Source of the DNA: a bacterium
GTDB lineage: Bacteria; UBA8248
NCBI GenBank assembly: GCA_965204535.1
Contig: CBDBEV010000001.1
Span: forward strand, 512,001-576,000
Reading direction: 5' to 3'
Length of the DNA stretch: 64,000 bases
Shown here: positions 19,989 through 29,539 of the stretch, piece after piece
How positions within the stretch are numbered: the first letter of the stretch is position 1
Layout: each line of letters opens with the position of its first letter
Position numbers and translations under genes: made by a program
The notes under the pieces: model-generated
Told to the model about the DNA's origin: nothing
Databases searched by the model: none
The model's input: only the letters and a program-made list of their open reading frames with translations

Positions 19989-21086
19989 ATGATCGGACCA
20001 GCCAATGCGTACCAACCGGACTACGCAGTTGCGCCCGGAACGATACTTGCCGAACGCCTGGAAGCGCATGACATGTCGTATGCGGATTTCGCCCGCCGGT
20101 GCGGCCGTTCACCCAAACTCATCAGCGAAATCGTCGCGGGAAAGGCCCCGGTGGAACCGGAGACGGCCCTTCAATTCGAGAAGGTAACGGGAGTGGCCGC
20201 TCATATCTGGCTTGGGGTCGAAGCCGATTACCGACTCCACCGGGCGCAGGAAGCCGAAAGAATACAAGCGGAAAAATCCGCGGAGTGGGCGAAGCGCTTT
20301 CCCGTAAACGCTCTGGTCAAGCGCGGGGTGATGGAAAAGCCGCCCTCAGCCGCTGCCAAAGTGCCGGGTCTGCTCGCCTTTTTCGGCGTCGGATCGGTCG
20401 AAGCCTGGGACGTCAAATATGGAGCGGCAAGCGTCAACTACCGGCATTCTCCGAGCTTCAAGAGCGACCAATACGCTCTGGCGATCTGGCGCAGGTTGGG
20501 CGAGCTGGAAGCCGAACGGCAAACTTGCGCCGAGTTTAACGCGGCGCGTTTCAAACGAGCCCTCGTTCAAATCCGTGCGCTCACACGCGAACCATTCGGC
20601 GAAGCGATCCGGAAGGCGGGCGAATGTTGTAACGAGTCGGGCGTCGTCCTGGCCTTGATTCCACCTTTGCCCAAGGCCGCTATCAGCGGCGCGGCGTGGT
20701 GGCTGTCGAGCCAAAAGGCGGTGATCGCCTTGAGCGCCCGCCACAAGACGGACGATCACCTTTGGTACACCTTGTTCCACGAAGCCGCGCACATCCTGTT
20801 GCACAGCAAGAAAGAAGTTTTCATCGATTCGAAAGAAAACGGCGCAGAAGCGCATGAAGCCGAAGCGAACCGGTGGGCTTCTGATTTCCTGATCCCGAGC
20901 GAGGACTGGAAGCGGTTCGTCGAAGCCGGTCCGAAAAGTGTCACTATTGTACGGCGATTCGCCGAGGAGCAGGGCATCGCCCCGGGAATCGTGGTCGGCA
21001 GGCTGCAGCACGAACGCCGTCTGCCCTGGGGGCATCCTCTGAACAGGTTGAAGAAGCGCCTTAAATGGGCCAATGCTGATAGTTGA
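19989..21086 (+). CDS. higA: HigA-type XRE HTH antitoxin fused to an ImmA/IrrE-like metallopeptidase domain
   Basis: PDYAVAPG.IL.E, HTH ending ISEIVAGKAPV.PETA, WYTLFHEAAH (HExxH), EAEANRWA. GAGGAGG RBS. Confidence 0.88.
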   Translation: MIGPANAYQPDYAVAPGTILAERLEAHDMSYADFARRCGRSPKLISEIVAGKAPVEPETALQFEKVTGVAAHIWLGVEADYRLHRAQEAERIQAEKSAEWAKRFPVNALVKRGVMEKPPSAAAKVPGLLAFFGVGSVEAWDVKYGAASVNYRHSPSFKSDQYALAIWRRLGELEAERQTCAEFNAARFKRALVQIRALTREPFGEAIRKAGECCNESGVVLALIPPLPKAAISGAAWWLSSQKAVIALSARHKTDDHLWYTLFHEAAHILLHSKKEVFIDSKENGAEAHEAEANRWASDFLIPSEDWKRFVEAGPKSVTIVRRFAEEQGIAPGIVVGRLQHERRLPWGHPLNRLKKRLKWANADS

Positions 21087-21235
21087 CCGAAGGTGGCGAT
21101 AGGCGCGCACGGGATACAGGGTCACGGGAAGGTCTGCGCTCCCCACCCCCGTTGCCGCGGTGCGGACGGCGGTGCTATTTTCAGCGGACCGGTATCACTC
21201 GCTTTCAGAAGCAGCTTTCCAGGAGGAGCACCCAC

Positions 21236-21595
21236 ATGAAAGTCCTCATCAAGAGTCCCTGGGAGTCGGACGAGTCCACCAAGGCGTCGTTCGCCTTTTT
21301 GCACGCGAACGCATTCGCCGAAGCCGGCCACGAGGTGCGGCTGTTCCTGCTCGGCGAGGCGGCGAACCTGATGAAAGACGAGGTGATGAACGCGATTACG
21401 CCCGTCGGCTGGCCGCCCCTCAGGGAGACGTTCGCGCAAACGGTAGAACACGCGATTCCCGTCAACATATGAACGGCGTGCGCGCGGGTCCGTGCGGTCA
21501 GCGAAGCCGACTTGGAAGGCAAGAACGCGCGTTTCGTGACGCCGCCGGACCTGGTGGCCCTCGTGGAATGGGCGGACAAGGTGCTGAGCGAGTAG
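21236..21595 (+). CDS. DsrE-family protein, probable selenoprotein (UGA at 21470-21472, UxxC)
   Basis: AGGAGG RBS. The DsrE-like sequence GHEVRLFLLGEAANLM continues past the TGA as U-T-A-C-ARVRAVSEADLEGKNARFVTPPDLVALVEWADKVLSE*, giving 119 aa. Confidence 0.82.
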
Positions 21596-21682
21596 CTCGA
21601 TTCCGACCAATAGAAGGGTAATGCCGCCGTCCGCTTTTTTATTACTCCCTATCGGGTCACTACTTCCCAAGGAGAGGGGAAT

Positions 21683-22410
21683 TAACTCCCCCCTTGAGGG
21701 GGAGTCGAAGAGGCAGAGCGGTTTGTGCGAAGGCCGATTCGGTGGGGGGACATGCCACCGAAAAAACTCCCCCCACCGGTTCGGTTTCGGGCAAAACCCC
21801 CTCACCTCACCGACTCCCCCTCAAGGGGGGAGTTGATCCTTTTTTGTCGGGGGAGGGGTCTTTCTTACCCCCCTGACAAGGGGGGGGTAGGGGGGGGTTG
21901 CTCCTTTGACAAGGGCTTTTTCACCCCCCCCTTGTCGGGTCTGTTGGAAAACCCTCCGGTGGGGAAGGAATCCCGATCATCGAATTGTTCACCGTAGGGA
22001 CAGGCCCCCGTGCCTGTCCGTGGCCCCCGTGCCTGTCCGCCGATCCTGTAGGGACAGGTCGCGACCTGTCCCTACGGAACCACCGCGCCAGTCCGTAATC
22101 ACTCCCCCCTTGAGGGGGAGTCGAAGAGCTGAAGGCGTAAGCCCGAAAGCGATTCGGTGGGGGGTATAATTCGGAATGGCAATAAAACGCATTTTACCCC
22201 CCACCGAGTCAGCCTTCGCACAAATCGCTCGGCTTCCTCGACTCCCCCTCAAGGGGGGAGTGAAATTCAACGCGCTCCCTCAGGAGACTTTTTCAACAAC
22301 CCCCTCAAGGGGGGAGTGGATTTCTTTTACTTTTTGTTTGGCAAAACCCTTAAGTGGTCGATCCCGGTGGAGAAAGAGGTCGTAGGGACAGGTCGCGACC
22401 TGTCCCTACG
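21683..22410. repeat. Dense cluster of at least four palindromic repeat families
   Basis: About five ACTCCCCC(C)TTGAGGGGGAGT-type palindromes, CCCCCTGACAAGGGGG, two perfect 28-nt palindromes GTAGGGACAGGTCGCGACCTGTCCCTAC (22048-22075, 22382-22409) and MITE-type ends. Confidence 0.85.
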
Positions 22411-22482
22411 GGTAGCAGCTCCCCGGCAAAAAACTTGAACGGAGGCCGAAACGGGGGTAACCTGTCCGCGACTCGATAACGT

Positions 22483-23973
22483 ATGGAGGCGCGCATGGAC
22501 ACGGGGGCGGAGCCGCTCGCTCAGGCGGAGGGCGGGAGGCCTTTCGCGGGATACGATCTGGATTCGCGTTTTTATGACGAGATGTTCGACGCAGAGGGCG
22601 CTCCGCACGATGCGTGCGGGCGTCTGAAAGACGCGCTCGCCGAACTCACGCCCGAGGACCTGGAAAAACTCCAGGAGGGCGTCTACCGCCGCTTTCTCTA
22701 CGAGGGCATCACCTTTACGGTCCTCGACGCGGAGGAGGCCACCGAGCGCATCATCCCCATCGACTGCGTGCCCCGGCTGCTGACGGCGGCGGAGTGGGAC
22801 CACATCGAACGCGGCCTCAAGCAGCGCCTCGCCGCGCTCAACCTGTTCCTGAAAGACGTCTACGGCGAGGGCCGCTGCCTGCGCGAGGGGCTCGTGCCCG
22901 TCGACCTCGTGCTCGGCTGTCCGCAATACCGCATGGAGATGCGCGGCCTCAAAGTCCCCCACGACGTCTACGTCGCCGTGTGCGGGACCGACATCGTCCG
23001 CACCCACGAGGGGTTCGCCGTCCTGGAGGACAACCTGCGCGTTCCCTCGGGCGTCTCCTACATGCTCGCCTGCCGGAACGCCATCAAGGACGTGCTGCCC
23101 AGGCTCTACCGCGAGCACCGGGTGCGCGAGGTGGCCGATTACGCCGAGCATCTCCATTCGGCGCTCGTCTCCCTGGGCCACTCGCCGCGGGAGCCGAACG
23201 TGGCGGTGCTCACGCCCGGCATCTTCAACTCCGCCTACTACGAGCACGCCTTCCTCGCCGGCGAGATGGGCGTCGACCTCGTGGAGGGCCAGGACCTGAT
23301 CGTCCGCGACGCCGCCCTCTACGCGCGAACGACGGCGGGGCTTCGGCGGATCGACGTGCTCTACCGCCGCGTGGACGATGATTTCCTCGACCCCCTCACG
23401 TTCCGGAGCGACTCGGCCCTGGGCGCGGCGGGGCTTTTCCACGCCTACCGTGCGGGGAACCTCGTGCTCGCCAACGCGCCCGGTACCGGCGTGGCGGACG
23501 ACAAGAGCATCTACGCCTACGTGCCGAAGATCATCCGCTATTTCCTGGGCGAGGAGCCGATACTCGCCAACGTCGAGACGCACCTTTGCCGCGAGCCCGA
23601 AGGGCTGGCCTACACGCTGGAGCACCTGGGCGAACTCGTGGTGAAGGAAGTCGGCGGCTCGGGCGGCTACGGGATGCTGGTCGGCCCCCACGCCACGGCG
23701 GCCGAGCGCGCGGAATACGCCGGGCGGCTGCGCGCGGACCCGGCGAATTTCATCGCCCAGCCCACGCTCGCGCTCTCGCGCTCGCCGTGCTTCGTCGAGG
23801 GGGGCATCGAGCCGCGCCACGTGGACCTGCGCCCCTTCGTGCTCCAGGGGCGCGAGGAGCAGCACGTGGTTCCGGGCGGGCTGTGCCGCGTCGCGCTCCG
23901 GCGCGGGAGCCTCGTGGTGAACTCCAGCCAGGGCGGGGGCTGCAAGGACATCTGGGTGCTGGAGGATTCGTAA
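22483..23973 (+). CDS. Circularly permuted type 2 ATP-grasp protein
   Basis: YDEMF, LEDNLRVPSGVSY, LTPGIFNSAYYEH, NAPGTGVADDK, VVNSSQGGGCKD. Confidence 0.93.
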   Translation: MEARMDTGAEPLAQAEGGRPFAGYDLDSRFYDEMFDAEGAPHDACGRLKDALAELTPEDLEKLQEGVYRRFLYEGITFTVLDAEEATERIIPIDCVPRLLTAAEWDHIERGLKQRLAALNLFLKDVYGEGRCLREGLVPVDLVLGCPQYRMEMRGLKVPHDVYVAVCGTDIVRTHEGFAVLEDNLRVPSGVSYMLACRNAIKDVLPRLYREHRVREVADYAEHLHSALVSLGHSPREPNVAVLTPGIFNSAYYEHAFLAGEMGVDLVEGQDLIVRDAALYARTTAGLRRIDVLYRRVDDDFLDPLTFRSDSALGAAGLFHAYRAGNLVLANAPGTGVADDKSIYAYVPKIIRYFLGEEPILANVETHLCREPEGLAYTLEHLGELVVKEVGGSGGYGMLVGPHATAAERAEYAGRLRADPANFIAQPTLALSRSPCFVEGGIEPRHVDLRPFVLQGREEQHVVPGGLCRVALRRGSLVVNSSQGGGCKDIWVLEDS

Positions 23974-24159
23974 GGGTCGATTCTGACCGGGAAGGGAGGA
24001 ATCGCCGACCGGGGAGGGGCGGTTTTTGTAGGTCGGACATATATGCGACCCCTACAGTCCAACGGCTCGGTTGACCCGGAATGACGGCCAAAACGGAAAA
24101 CGGGAGGACACACGGGTCCTCCCCTACGGGCATCAACAGGTCGTGAAGGAGAGAGAATC

Positions 24160-25134
24160 ATGCTGGCTCGGGTCGCCGCCGATTTCTACTGGATGGGCCG
24201 CTACGTCGAGCGCGTCGAGCAGACGGCGCGTCTCCTCGAATACCAGCTCAACCGGCTCGTCGACCGCTCCGTCGACGAGCTGGCCGTGGGGTGGGCGGCG
24301 ATATACCGGGCGCTGGGCCAGCCCCCGCCCGGAGCGGTTTCGGACGCCGAAGAAGCGGAGGCGTATGTCATTCCCGACGCCTACACGCTCGCGGGCAACC
24401 TCGTGGAGGAGGGCGCGCACCCCGACTCCATCCTCTCGTGCTGGCGTCAGGCGCGCGAGAACGGCCAGCGCGTGCGGGCGCAGCTTCCGCTCGCGATATG
24501 GACGCGGCTGAACCAGGGCTATCTCTGGATGCGGGAGGTGAATTTCGCCGGGGAGTGGGAGCAGGCCCCGGCGCGGCTCGCGCTCGACATCATCGACCGC
24601 ATGCGGCTTCTCGCGGGCGTCGTTCACTCGACGATGCCGCGCGACGACGCCTGGCGCTTTCTCGAACTGGGCCGCTTCATCGAGCGGGCGCAGCACCAGG
24701 CCGCGCTCCTGGAGGCATGGGTCGAGTTCACGCGCGCCAGGGAGGGCGCCGCCGCGCTCTCGTGGGCGGATCTGCTTCACGTGTGCCGCGCCTACGAAAC
24801 CTACTGCCGCCGCCATTCGATGAAGGTTCAAAGAGAGAACGTGCTCGGTTTCCTCGCCCGGGACCCCGAGCTTCCCCGCTCGCTCCGCTTCTCCGTGCAG
24901 CGGATCGAGGAGGCGCTCGCCGGCATCGACCCGCTCGGCGCGCGCTACCCGCTCGCGCCGCCGCACCGGATGGCGCTTCGCCTCACGGCGGCCATCGAGA
25001 TGGATGCGGCGGGTTCGGCGGAGGTGGATCCGGGCGCGTTCTGCCGCGCGGTAGGGAGCGACACCCGCGCGCTCCACGACCTCGTGATGGCGGCCTACGT
25101 CAACCGCTCCCTGGCCGAGGAGGTTCCGGCGTGA
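24160..25134 (+). CDS. Alpha-E domain protein (DUF403)
   Basis: MLARVAADFYWMGRYVERVEQTAR, ARENG, LGRFIERA, PRSLRF. Confidence 0.92.
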   Translation: MLARVAADFYWMGRYVERVEQTARLLEYQLNRLVDRSVDELAVGWAAIYRALGQPPPGAVSDAEEAEAYVIPDAYTLAGNLVEEGAHPDSILSCWRQARENGQRVRAQLPLAIWTRLNQGYLWMREVNFAGEWEQAPARLALDIIDRMRLLAGVVHSTMPRDDAWRFLELGRFIERAQHQAALLEAWVEFTRAREGAAALSWADLLHVCRAYETYCRRHSMKVQRENVLGFLARDPELPRSLRFSVQRIEEALAGIDPLGARYPLAPPHRMALRLTAAIEMDAAGSAEVDPGAFCRAVGSDTRALHDLVMAAYVNRSLAEEVPA

Positions 25135-25994
25135 TAGTGAGCTACACGGTCGAGCACGCCATGCGCTTCGATTACGCGGAGCCCGTGCAGGCTTCGGTGA
25201 TGACGCTCTACCTGTGCCCGCTCCGCGACCGCGCCCAGACCCTGTGCGAGTTCTCGCTGCGCACCGACCCCGAGGGCCGGCTCTTCGAGTTCACCGACCC
25301 GTTCGGCAACACCGCGCACTTTCTCGACCGTCCCCGCTCGCACCCGCGCTTCGAAGTCAAGGCGCGCTCGCGCGTGGAGGTGGGCCCCCTGGCGTCCGCT
25401 CCCGAGCGACTCGCGCCCGGCGCGTCAGAGGCGCTTTCGAGCGCCGTCCGCACGCCCGAGCTCTGGCCGCTGGCGCACCCGAGCCGCTTCGTTCGCCCGA
25501 GTCCGGCGCTGGATGCGTTCGTGGCGAAGCACGGCATCGCCCCGGAGGACGACCCCCTCGTGAGCGTGCGCGCGCTTTGCGCGAAACTCCATGACGTCTT
25601 CGAGTACATTCCGGGCCACACCCGGGCGGATTCGCCCATCGAGGACATCCTCGAGACCGGGCGGGGGGTCTGCCAGGACTACGCGCACGTGATGGCCGCC
25701 ATCGCGCGCGGCTGGGGGGTTCCGTGCCGCTACGTGTCGGGCTATCTGGGGCCCGAAGCCGCCGGCGCGGCCACGGGCGAGAGCCACGCCTGGGTGGAGT
25801 GCTGGTTTCCCGGCGCGGGGTGGACGGGCTTCGACCCGACGAACAACACGGAGGGAGACGAGCGCCACGTCCGCGTGGCGGTGGGCCGCGACTACGCCGA
25901 CGTGCCCCCGAGCCGGGGCGTGTTCCGGGGAAACGGCGGCTCGACGCTCACCACCGAGGTGAAGATAGAGCGGCATGCGGGCGGTCGGGACTAG
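25131..25994 (+). CDS. Transglutaminase-family protein
   Basis: GTG start overlapping the alpha-E stop. Catalytic triad motifs GVCQDYAH, SHAWVE, GFDPTN, plus GRDYADV. Confidence 0.92.
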   Translation: MIVSYTVEHAMRFDYAEPVQASVMTLYLCPLRDRAQTLCEFSLRTDPEGRLFEFTDPFGNTAHFLDRPRSHPRFEVKARSRVEVGPLASAPERLAPGASEALSSAVRTPELWPLAHPSRFVRPSPALDAFVAKHGIAPEDDPLVSVRALCAKLHDVFEYIPGHTRADSPIEDILETGRGVCQDYAHVMAAIARGWGVPCRYVSGYLGPEAAGAATGESHAWVECWFPGAGWTGFDPTNNTEGDERHVRVAVGRDYADVPPSRGVFRGNGGSTLTTEVKIERHAGGRD

Positions 25995-25999
25995 CGCAC

Positions 26000-26185
26000 G
26001 GGGCGGTGGAAAAAGTCCCGCTTGCCAGGGGATAAAGGCAACCCCCCCCTACCCCCCCTTGTCAGGGGGGTAAAAAAAGAAAGCCCCCCTCTCAGGGGTC
26101 AAGAAAAAGCAAAAGCCCCTCTACCGGCGACGGGCGTCGCCTTTTCATACCCCCCTGACAAGGGGGGGTAGGGGGGGTTGGTTTT
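26000..26185. repeat. Palindromic repeat (same family as 15690-15860)
   Basis: GGCAACCCCCCCTACCCCCCCTTGTCAGGGGGG with the inverted copy CCCCCCTGACAAGGGGGGGTAGGGGGGGTTG. Confidence 0.75.
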
Positions 26186-26254
26186 CTGACGCGCGGTGAC
26201 CGGGCGCCGAAGATTCGCTCATCGGGTTTCCGCGTCGAATTATCGAATCGTCGA

Positions 26255-27148
26255 ATGGAGGGAAAAATGCGATTTTTATCAAAGAAACTATGTGCAATCA
26301 CCGCCGCGCTGGCGGTATGCGCGATCTTGAGCATGGCGGGTACGAGCGCCGCCCAGGAGGCGAAGCCTTCGGGCTGGTACATGGGCGCTAGTGTTGGACT
26401 CAACAAGACTTCAGGAATCGAGCAGGCGGGCTGGAACCGCGACAACGTCTGCTATCCCGGAGATGACTGCAGCCGCCTGGAAGGCGGCAGGCCCGGCGGC
26501 TACCGGTGGTATTACGATCTCGATGCGGAAGAGGGAGCCGCGCTGGAGATTTCTGTCGGCCGCACCCTGGGCGCGTTCCGCCTGGAACTCGCGCTGGCCC
26601 AGCGGAAGAACGACCTCGATCAGAAATTCACCGGCATCACCTATCTGGACGGCTCTTCCCGGACGCCCGCCGCAAGCAGCGACTACCAGCAGAGCACCTC
26701 CTCCGCCGGGGTCGACGATCTGACGACGCGCACCCTCTCGCTGAACGCCTACTACGACTTCTCCCTCCCGGAGAGCCGCTTCACGCCTTATCTGGGCTTG
26801 GGCGCAGGCGTTTCCTTCGTCGAGGTCGGCGGGGTGTATTACGAGGGCCGATACTCGTGCAAGCCCTCCGCGCCCGACTGCGACAGGCCCGAGCAGTACG
26901 ACGGCCTCCAGGACGAGGACTTGACCGACACGGTCTTGTCCGCGCACCTGCACGCCGGTCTCGACTACCGCGTGAGCGAGCGGGTGCTTCTCGGCTTAAA
27001 GCTCACCTATTCCATGGTGGGCGACATGAAGGACGTCAAGGGCGAATATATCGAGCATGCCATTTCCGGCCTTCCCAACTTCACCACGATCAGCGGCATG
27101 AACCACTGGTCGGTGATGTTCGGCGTGAAATATTTTTTCGGGGAATGA
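26255..27148 (+). CDS. Outer-membrane beta-barrel protein (OMP_b-brl/Opa-like)
   Basis: Signal peptide, GWYMGASVG, NAYYDF, TPYLGLGAG, terminal strand FGVKYFF. Two Cys pairs lie in predicted loops. Confidence 0.82.
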   Translation: MEGKMRFLSKKLCAITAALAVCAILSMAGTSAAQEAKPSGWYMGASVGLNKTSGIEQAGWNRDNVCYPGDDCSRLEGGRPGGYRWYYDLDAEEGAALEISVGRTLGAFRLELALAQRKNDLDQKFTGITYLDGSSRTPAASSDYQQSTSSAGVDDLTTRTLSLNAYYDFSLPESRFTPYLGLGAGVSFVEVGGVYYEGRYSCKPSAPDCDRPEQYDGLQDEDLTDTVLSAHLHAGLDYRVSERVLLGLKLTYSMVGDMKDVKGEYIEHAISGLPNFTTISGMNHWSVMFGVKYFFGE

Positions 27149-27210
27149 TGGGGGGTCTCCCGGACCACGATAACGAGATAAGCGGCGCACACGAGTTGAG
27201 GATATGACTG

Positions 27211-28284
27211 ATGACCGGAATCTGGACGAATAGCGACGAAAAATGGGAGTGGGGCAAACCTCGCGCATTCGAGGACGAGGCCACTTTGCATGAACTCATC
27301 AAAGAGAATCCGCAATTCCTGCCCTTAAGCGGTTCTCCTCGCCTCGTGGTTCTGGGTTCTGAAATCCAGTTGGGAAACGGATACGCGGACATCCTTGCGG
27401 TCGAATCCTCTGGTCGTCCCGCGATCATCGAAGTGAAGCTGGAGCGCAACCCCGAGGCGCGGAAAGCCATCGTGTCGCAGATTATCGCGTATGCGGCCTT
27501 TCTCCAGGGATTCAGTATTGAGGATCTTGAGCGGGGTCCTCTTCACAGGTTTCTTACAGATGCGGGCCATGTGTCCATATTCGACGCGGTGAAAGCCCAA
27601 GATCAGGAAGGGGCGGTGGATGCCGATTCGTTCACGGCCTCGTTGCAGGACTACCTTCAGCGAGGCAGCTTTAGATTGGTTCTTGTGTTGGACGACGTTC
27701 CAACCGAACTGGAAAGAGTCGTCGCTTATCTGGATGCAATCACCGTCCAGGCGTTGACGATCGATCTGATCACGCTCAAGGTCTATGAAGTAAATGGCGC
27801 GCAGGTCGCTCTGCCCCAGCGTGTCTCGCCCGATCTAAGTGCATCTGTCCCGTCTGAGGGATCAAGACCTGCTGCGTCCCGAGGAAAGCTCACTGATGGC
27901 TCTGATGTATTTCGAGCATCAATCGAAGAGACTACCGGCGAGACCCGCAAGGCGTTCGATGAATTGATTGCATGGGCGGAAGGGTTGGACTCGTTGCCGA
28001 ACGTGCGTCTCTCCACTTATATGGGCGTCGAAGGCGAACGCTTCACCCTCCTGCCTCGCATCATGCCGGACAATGCCGGCTTCGTGACCATCTGGAATGA
28101 CAAGCATCAGCCCTATATATCTGTGTGGCGGACGGTGTTCGAGCGACGCGCTCCCAAGGCGCTCGAAACTGTGGAACAAGCCGTCCAGCCAGGCAGAATC
28201 GGGCAGGGAAATGTGCTTAAGGAAATCACGCCTGAAATCCTCGAAGCGTTGACGCAGGCGTATCAAGAGGCGAATGGGGACTAA
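27211..28284 (+). CDS. PD-(D/E)xK (NucS-like) endonuclease domain protein
   Basis: EATLHELIKENP, ADILAVESSGRPAIIEVKL, QIIAYAA. GC content is lower than the flanking genes. Confidence 0.65.
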   Translation: MTGIWTNSDEKWEWGKPRAFEDEATLHELIKENPQFLPLSGSPRLVVLGSEIQLGNGYADILAVESSGRPAIIEVKLERNPEARKAIVSQIIAYAAFLQGFSIEDLERGPLHRFLTDAGHVSIFDAVKAQDQEGAVDADSFTASLQDYLQRGSFRLVLVLDDVPTELERVVAYLDAITVQALTIDLITLKVYEVNGAQVALPQRVSPDLSASVPSEGSRPAASRGKLTDGSDVFRASIEETTGETRKAFDELIAWAEGLDSLPNVRLSTYMGVEGERFTLLPRIMPDNAGFVTIWNDKHQPYISVWRTVFERRAPKALETVEQAVQPGRIGQGNVLKEITPEILEALTQAYQEANGD

Positions 28285-28391
28285 GCACACCCCCCACCCG
28301 CGTTGACATACCCTCATCCAGCCTACAGAATGCGCTCGTGCGTCACCGGCTGGATTGATTCTCCGATGAGACGAAAAACGGAAGGTGAACC

Positions 28392-29531
28392 ATGAGCAGG
28401 GACTTCATGCGCTCGCGCGTCCAGGGCGGCCCTCTGGGCGATATCCTCGAAAAGGTCGAAGCGGGACTGCGCCTCTCCTTCGAGGAGGGCGTGCGCCTCT
28501 ACGAGGCCGAGGACATCAACGCCGTCGGCTACCTGGCGAACATCGCCCGCGAGCGCCTGCACGGGAACCGCACCTACTACAACGTGAACAGCCACATCAA
28601 CTACTCGAACATCTGCGTGCTGTGGAAGGCGTGCAAGTTCTGCGCGTTCGGCAAGAAGGAAGGCCAGCAGGACGCCTATGCGTATTCGCTGGAGGAAATC
28701 TTCAAGATGGCGGAGACGCTGGGCCGGGGCCGCACCGAGTTCCACATGGTGGGCGGCCTGCATCCCGATCTCCCCTTCGACTACTATCTCGAAATGATCC
28801 AGGGCATCAAGGAGATCCACCCCCAACTGCACCTCAAGGTCTTCACGGCGACGGAGATACGCTTTCTCGCCGATCACATCGCGAAGATGAGCGTCGAGGA
28901 GACGCTGGATCATCTCGTGCGCTCGGGGCTCGGTTCGCTCACGGGCGGCGGGGCGGAGATTTTCGCCGAACCCACGCGCTCGAAGATTTGCAAGGGCAAG
29001 CATTCGGGCGAGGACTGGCTCGAAATCCACCGCATCGCCCACAACAAGGGCATCCGCAGCACGTGCACCATGCTCTACGGCCACGTGGAATCGAACGAGG
29101 ACCGCGTGGACCACATGCTCAGGCTCCGGGACTTGCAGGACGAAACGGGCGGCTTCACCACCTTCATCCCGCTCGCGTTCCATCCCGAGAACACCCAGAT
29201 GGACGACATCCCCCCCACGGGCGGGATGCTCGACGTCCGGAACTACGCGGTCGGCCGCCTTCTGCTCGACAACATCCCCCACATCAAGGCGTATTGGATC
29301 ATGGTGGGTCAGCCCGTCGCGCAGATATCGCAGCGCTTCGGCGTGGACGATCTGGACGGCACCGTCGTTCAGGAGAAGATCTACCACATGGCGGGTGCCA
29401 AGACGCCGCACGAACTCACCGTGAACGACATCCGCCGCCTCATCCGTGAGGCGGGGCGCGAACCCGTCGAGCGCGACACGCTCTACCGGGAAGTCACGCG
29501 CCAGGGAGATCAATGGGCAGTCCACGCCTGA
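28392..29531 (+). CDS. mqnE: Aminofutalosine synthase (radical SAM)
   Basis: HINYSNIC..CKFCAF, EFHMVGGLHP, GGGAEIF, TMLYGHVE, HIKAYWIM, EKIYHMAGA. Adjacent to mqnA. Confidence 0.9.
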   Translation: MSRDFMRSRVQGGPLGDILEKVEAGLRLSFEEGVRLYEAEDINAVGYLANIARERLHGNRTYYNVNSHINYSNICVLWKACKFCAFGKKEGQQDAYAYSLEEIFKMAETLGRGRTEFHMVGGLHPDLPFDYYLEMIQGIKEIHPQLHLKVFTATEIRFLADHIAKMSVEETLDHLVRSGLGSLTGGGAEIFAEPTRSKICKGKHSGEDWLEIHRIAHNKGIRSTCTMLYGHVESNEDRVDHMLRLRDLQDETGGFTTFIPLAFHPENTQMDDIPPTGGMLDVRNYAVGRLLLDNIPHIKAYWIMVGQPVAQISQRFGVDDLDGTVVQEKIYHMAGAKTPHELTVNDIRRLIREAGREPVERDTLYREVTRQGDQWAVHA

Positions 29532-29539
29532 GCACCCCC

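Noticed and set aside
21683-22410. Possible CRISPR array
   Set aside because: The repeats belong to mixed families, with mixed orientation and irregular spacing. No cas genes are present.
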